DNA of 60,837 nt, counting the filler, from Stramenopiles sp. TOSAG23-6 (taxonomy: Eukaryota), in the NCBI GenBank assembly GCA_900128565.1. It is 3 parts of 3 records of this genome, joined end to end, with 100 filler letters (N's around TTAATTAATTAA, not from the genome) between each part and the next. Parts side by side here need not be neighbours in the genome. Positions count along the whole stretch, not along the records: positions 40,876 to 60,837 come from LT636042.1; 2 more parts are not named here. One strand, 5' to 3'. Each line of letters starts with the position of its first letter. Positions within the stretch are counted from its first letter, which is position 1. Under the pieces are notes generated by a model that saw only the letters and a program-made list of their open reading frames with translations, did not search any database and was not told the origin of the DNA. Of this stretch, positions 58,087 through 60,837 are shown piece after piece. The position numbers and the translations under genes were made by a program.

Positions 58087-60512
58087 ATGAACAATACTAG
58101 TATAATTTCACCAAATTGGTGTCCTGGATTATGGCCGGAACAGAAGGTTATGTATCTTTGTTGCTGTCTCCCACTCAATAGCTTCTTTACTTTTGCTGAA
58201 GTTAATGGCATGAAGCGAAAGGTTGCACTTCAACTTCGTGTTGATCTTCTTCGGAGATGTCCGAATGTTTCTTCAATGATATCAGCAGAGGGTGCTCAAC
58301 GTGTTTTACATAGTGAGTTCTACGAGAAGGTTTCTTTGTTGTTGTCGTCACTATTAAAAGTTGACAACCTCAAAACATTTGGACCTTCAAAGATTTCCAT
58401 GTGTCTCGCACTTGAACTCGTTATGAAATACTCCGTCAATGTCAAGGGTGAAATCATTGAAAAGGATATAGATTTTTCACAAAATATATTCTCTATGATA
58501 TTTTGCGATTCAAATATCCTACTTGAAGCTACTTCCGAAAAAGACCGAAACATTAGAACAATTAGAAAACTTCATTGCTTATTCCTAGGTACTAGTAGAT
58601 CTGATATTGCTCTCATACTTGCTCATACAATGCCATGTATGTTTTTATTCCGAGTTTTCTTTATTGCTTACATTGTAGTATCCTTTTCTGTAGCTAACGA
58701 ATCTCAAATTTGACATTTTTTCACAATACATGCAACATTTTACGTATAATGATACGATATTTTTGTCGTGATGAGGTCAGTGTAAGTGATGACGTACATA
58801 TTTCTTCCAAATTTGCATCTATTCAAATCGACGATTCTGTTGAAACTGTATGTTCTTTAGAAAGAAAGAGGAAATTTATCGCCGCGGTTCATTTTGGTAC
58901 GGTTCATCTCCGCAAACTGAAATGTGATATATGTACGTTTTCATTATCATTTCAAATTTATTTTTTTTTTCGTACGCAATTTTGTACCTAAGAAATTGAA
59001 TTGTTTTTTTGAGTTTTTATTCGATACGTTTTTCATTATTCATTTCAAATTTATTATTTTTGTACTACATTTTGTACCTAACGAATTTCTTTTATATCAA
59101 AACAGAAATACTTTTTTACAAAACTGCTCGTTTAGAAACTGATGCTATTTCACACATGAAAGATAGTAAGAATGACAGTGCAGATGTTGATATCCGAAGT
59201 CGCCAAAGGAATACTACAAATAAAGCGTTAGAGGTATTAGAAGCATCACGTTCTATAGGAGCAAGTCTTTCAGAAACACTCGCAGGTTTGTTCATGCGAA
59301 ATCCATACCTAATTTTTGTACATAATAGATATAATGTAAATAATGAAAATAATGAAAGTGAATTATATGTCTCTGATACAAATGATACAAAACAGATATC
59401 TGCTTCTCTCAATTTTGAGCAGTCAATTTTATCTGAAAAAAATATAGAAATGTATAAGAAAAAAGAGTGTAAGAAAGACGCAGCGATCATTGCTGTTGAA
59501 CTTTTAAAGTATTCTATTGTATGTATGTTTTATTTTTTTTTTTAACAAAAAAATCGAATTTTTTTTCGTACGAAATTTTGTACCTAATGATTTTTTTTTC
59601 AAATATTTTTCCAAAATACATACTACCAAAATTCTGTATCCCAGGCAATGAAGTCTGGTGGTCGTGTATATCGTGCGTCATATGCGCGCTTAGATTTAAC
59701 TCGGCGAGAACTTTGTCGTTGGGTCAAAGAGAATCTCCCTTCGAAACTTCAGTCAGCTTTGGAACAACTTTCAATTGCATATATTCATGCAGGTTGTCCA
59801 GATGAAGCTGAAGAGGCGAGAGCGCGTGCAATTGATATTGCTAAAATAGAATATGTATGTTTTATATTTTTTTTTTTAACGAAAAAATCGAATTTATTTT
59901 TCGTACGGAAATTTGTACCTAACAATTTTGTTTTATATTTTTTTTGAAATATTTTTCCAAAATACATGAACGGAGTTGTTTAAAAGCTGGCGACTCTGTT
60001 GAAGCCCGAGTCAATTATGATATGTTGTATTACACAGCTATAATAAAGCGACGTTTTTCCGATGGATGTTTTGAACTCCTTTTTGAAGATGATGTAATTG
60101 AAATGACTCCACCTCAATGGGTGAAGCCTTTGGGACGCTCTATCATTTGGGAAGGTGATGAAGTACAGGTATTAAATGGAACATATGCCATGTGCGTTTT
60201 CATCATGAATTTCTAATTTATTTATGTTTTTCATACGAAATTTTGTACCTAACATTTTTTTGATTTTTTTTTTTTTTTGCCATGTGCGTTTTCATCATGA
60301 ATTTTTGAATTTATTTTTTTTGTATGAAATTTTGTACCTACTCTGTCTTTTGTAACATATCTAACGAATTTTGAATTTGAAATATTTTTCTACAAAATAT
60401 GGATGGCCTTCCGAGTCCTGCTAGACTTTTAGTATTTCAATCTTCACCCCAATTATATCAAAGTGCAGTTGTGCTCGATAAAGCAGGAAAGAATCCTATT
60501 TTACCTAGTCAT
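58087..60512 (+). CDS. Multi-exon hypothetical protein with a Tudor/Agenet-like domain; 3' end uncertain
   Basis: ORFs 58045, 58710, 59009, 59648 and 59944 join in frame after removing family inserts; LKAGDSVEARVNYDMLYYTAIIKRRFSDGCFELLFEDD. Confidence 0.55.
58637..58731 (+). mobile_element. Introner-like GT-AT intron, 95 nt
   Basis: CCA T|GTATGTTTTTAT...CTGTAGCTAAC...CACAATACAT|GC AAC. Confidence 0.8.
58933..59126 (+). mobile_element. Tandem dimer of the element; 3' end unresolved
   Basis: ATA T|GTACGTTTTCATTAT...TTTTGTACCTAAG, then ATACGTTTTTCATTAT...TTTTGTACCTAAC...TTTTACAAAACTG. Confidence 0.65.
59523..59621 (+). mobile_element. Introner-like GT-AT intron, 99 nt
   Basis: GTA T|GTATGTTTTAT...TTTCGTACGAAATTTTGTACCTAAT...CCAAAATACAT|AC TAC CAA. 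Confidence 0.85.
59855..59967 (+). mobile_element. Introner-like GT-AT intron, 113 nt
   Basis: GAA TAT|GTATGTTTTAT...TTTCGTACGGAAATTTGTACCTAAC...CCAAAATACAT|GAA CGG. Confidence 0.85.
60192..60400 (+). mobile_element. Tandem dimer of the element (60192-60283 and 60284-60400)
   Basis: GCC AT|GTGCGTTTTCATCATG...CCTAAC...TTTGCCAT|GTGCGTTTTCATCATG...CTAAC...CAAAATAT|G GAT. Confidence 0.75.
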
Positions 60513-60613
60513 GTACGTTTTATTTTTTTTCAAATTCGAATTTTTTTTTATAGTAAATTTTGTACCTAACGATTTTTTTAGAATTTTTTTTGAAATATTT
60601 TTCCAAAATACAT
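60513..60613 (+). mobile_element. Introner-like element, 101 nt; flanking frames do not join
   Basis: AGT CAT|GTACGTTTTAT...TTTTGTACCTAAC...CCAAAATACAT|TAGGT. Confidence 0.8.
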
Positions 60614-60822
60614 TAGGTCGACGACTTGCCGCAATTGGACATGTAAATGGAACTGTTGATATATTCGATCTTGACCGAATTGAATATAAAAATGAAAAAC
60701 CAATTCCTCGACAAACATTTTCGTTAAAAACGTGGTATTTTAATGATTCTGTCACAGGAGCTGTAAGTGCATTAGACTGGACTTTCGACCAATCTGCGCT
60801 CGTAGTAGGTTTTGAAAAACGT
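60614..60822 (+). CDS. Exon of a WD40 protein resembling RIC1
   Basis: RRLAAIGHVNGTVDIFDL..FSLKTWYF..TGAVSALDWTFDQSALVVGFEKR. Confidence 0.55.
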
Positions 60823-60837
60823 GTATGTTTTATATGA
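60823..60837 (+). mobile_element. Start of another family intron at the window end
   Basis: AAA CGT|GTATGTTTTATATGA, the same first 15 nt as the copy at 28695. Confidence 0.7.

Overview
AT-rich eukaryotic nuclear DNA in the standard genetic code, probably from a flagellated stramenopile-like protist (outer-arm dynein, Sig1/mastigoneme-type EGF protein, class I fumarase). The window is three contigs (1-20485, 20586-40775, 40876-60837) joined by artificial N-TTAATTAATTAA-N linkers. It carries about 25 protein genes (fumarase, DDI1-like protease, dynein heavy chain, GCP3, ZW10, TBC1D22, eIF1A, CCZ1, FHA-RING ligase, TRAPPC1, VPS16, RUVBL2, SF3B5 and others) and one tRNA-Leu(CAG). The main signal is a family of 28 related inserts, mostly 86-117 nt, that interrupt coding sequence, always in the sense orientation. 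Consensus: GTAYGTTTT ... TTTCGTACGAAA TTTYGTACCTAAC ... GAAATATTTTTYCAMAATACAT. Restoring conserved protein motifs requires removing them with a GT donor and a NON-AG acceptor: of 25 visible 3' ends, 21 are AT, and TT, GT, AG and unresolved account for one each. Most copies have a 2-nt direct repeat (usually AT) and short terminal inverted repeats, so they look like an introner (intron-generating mobile element) family with GT-AT boundaries. Three ordinary GT-AG introns coexist with them. All splice junctions are inferred from reading frame and remembered protein motifs; no RNA data or database searches were available.
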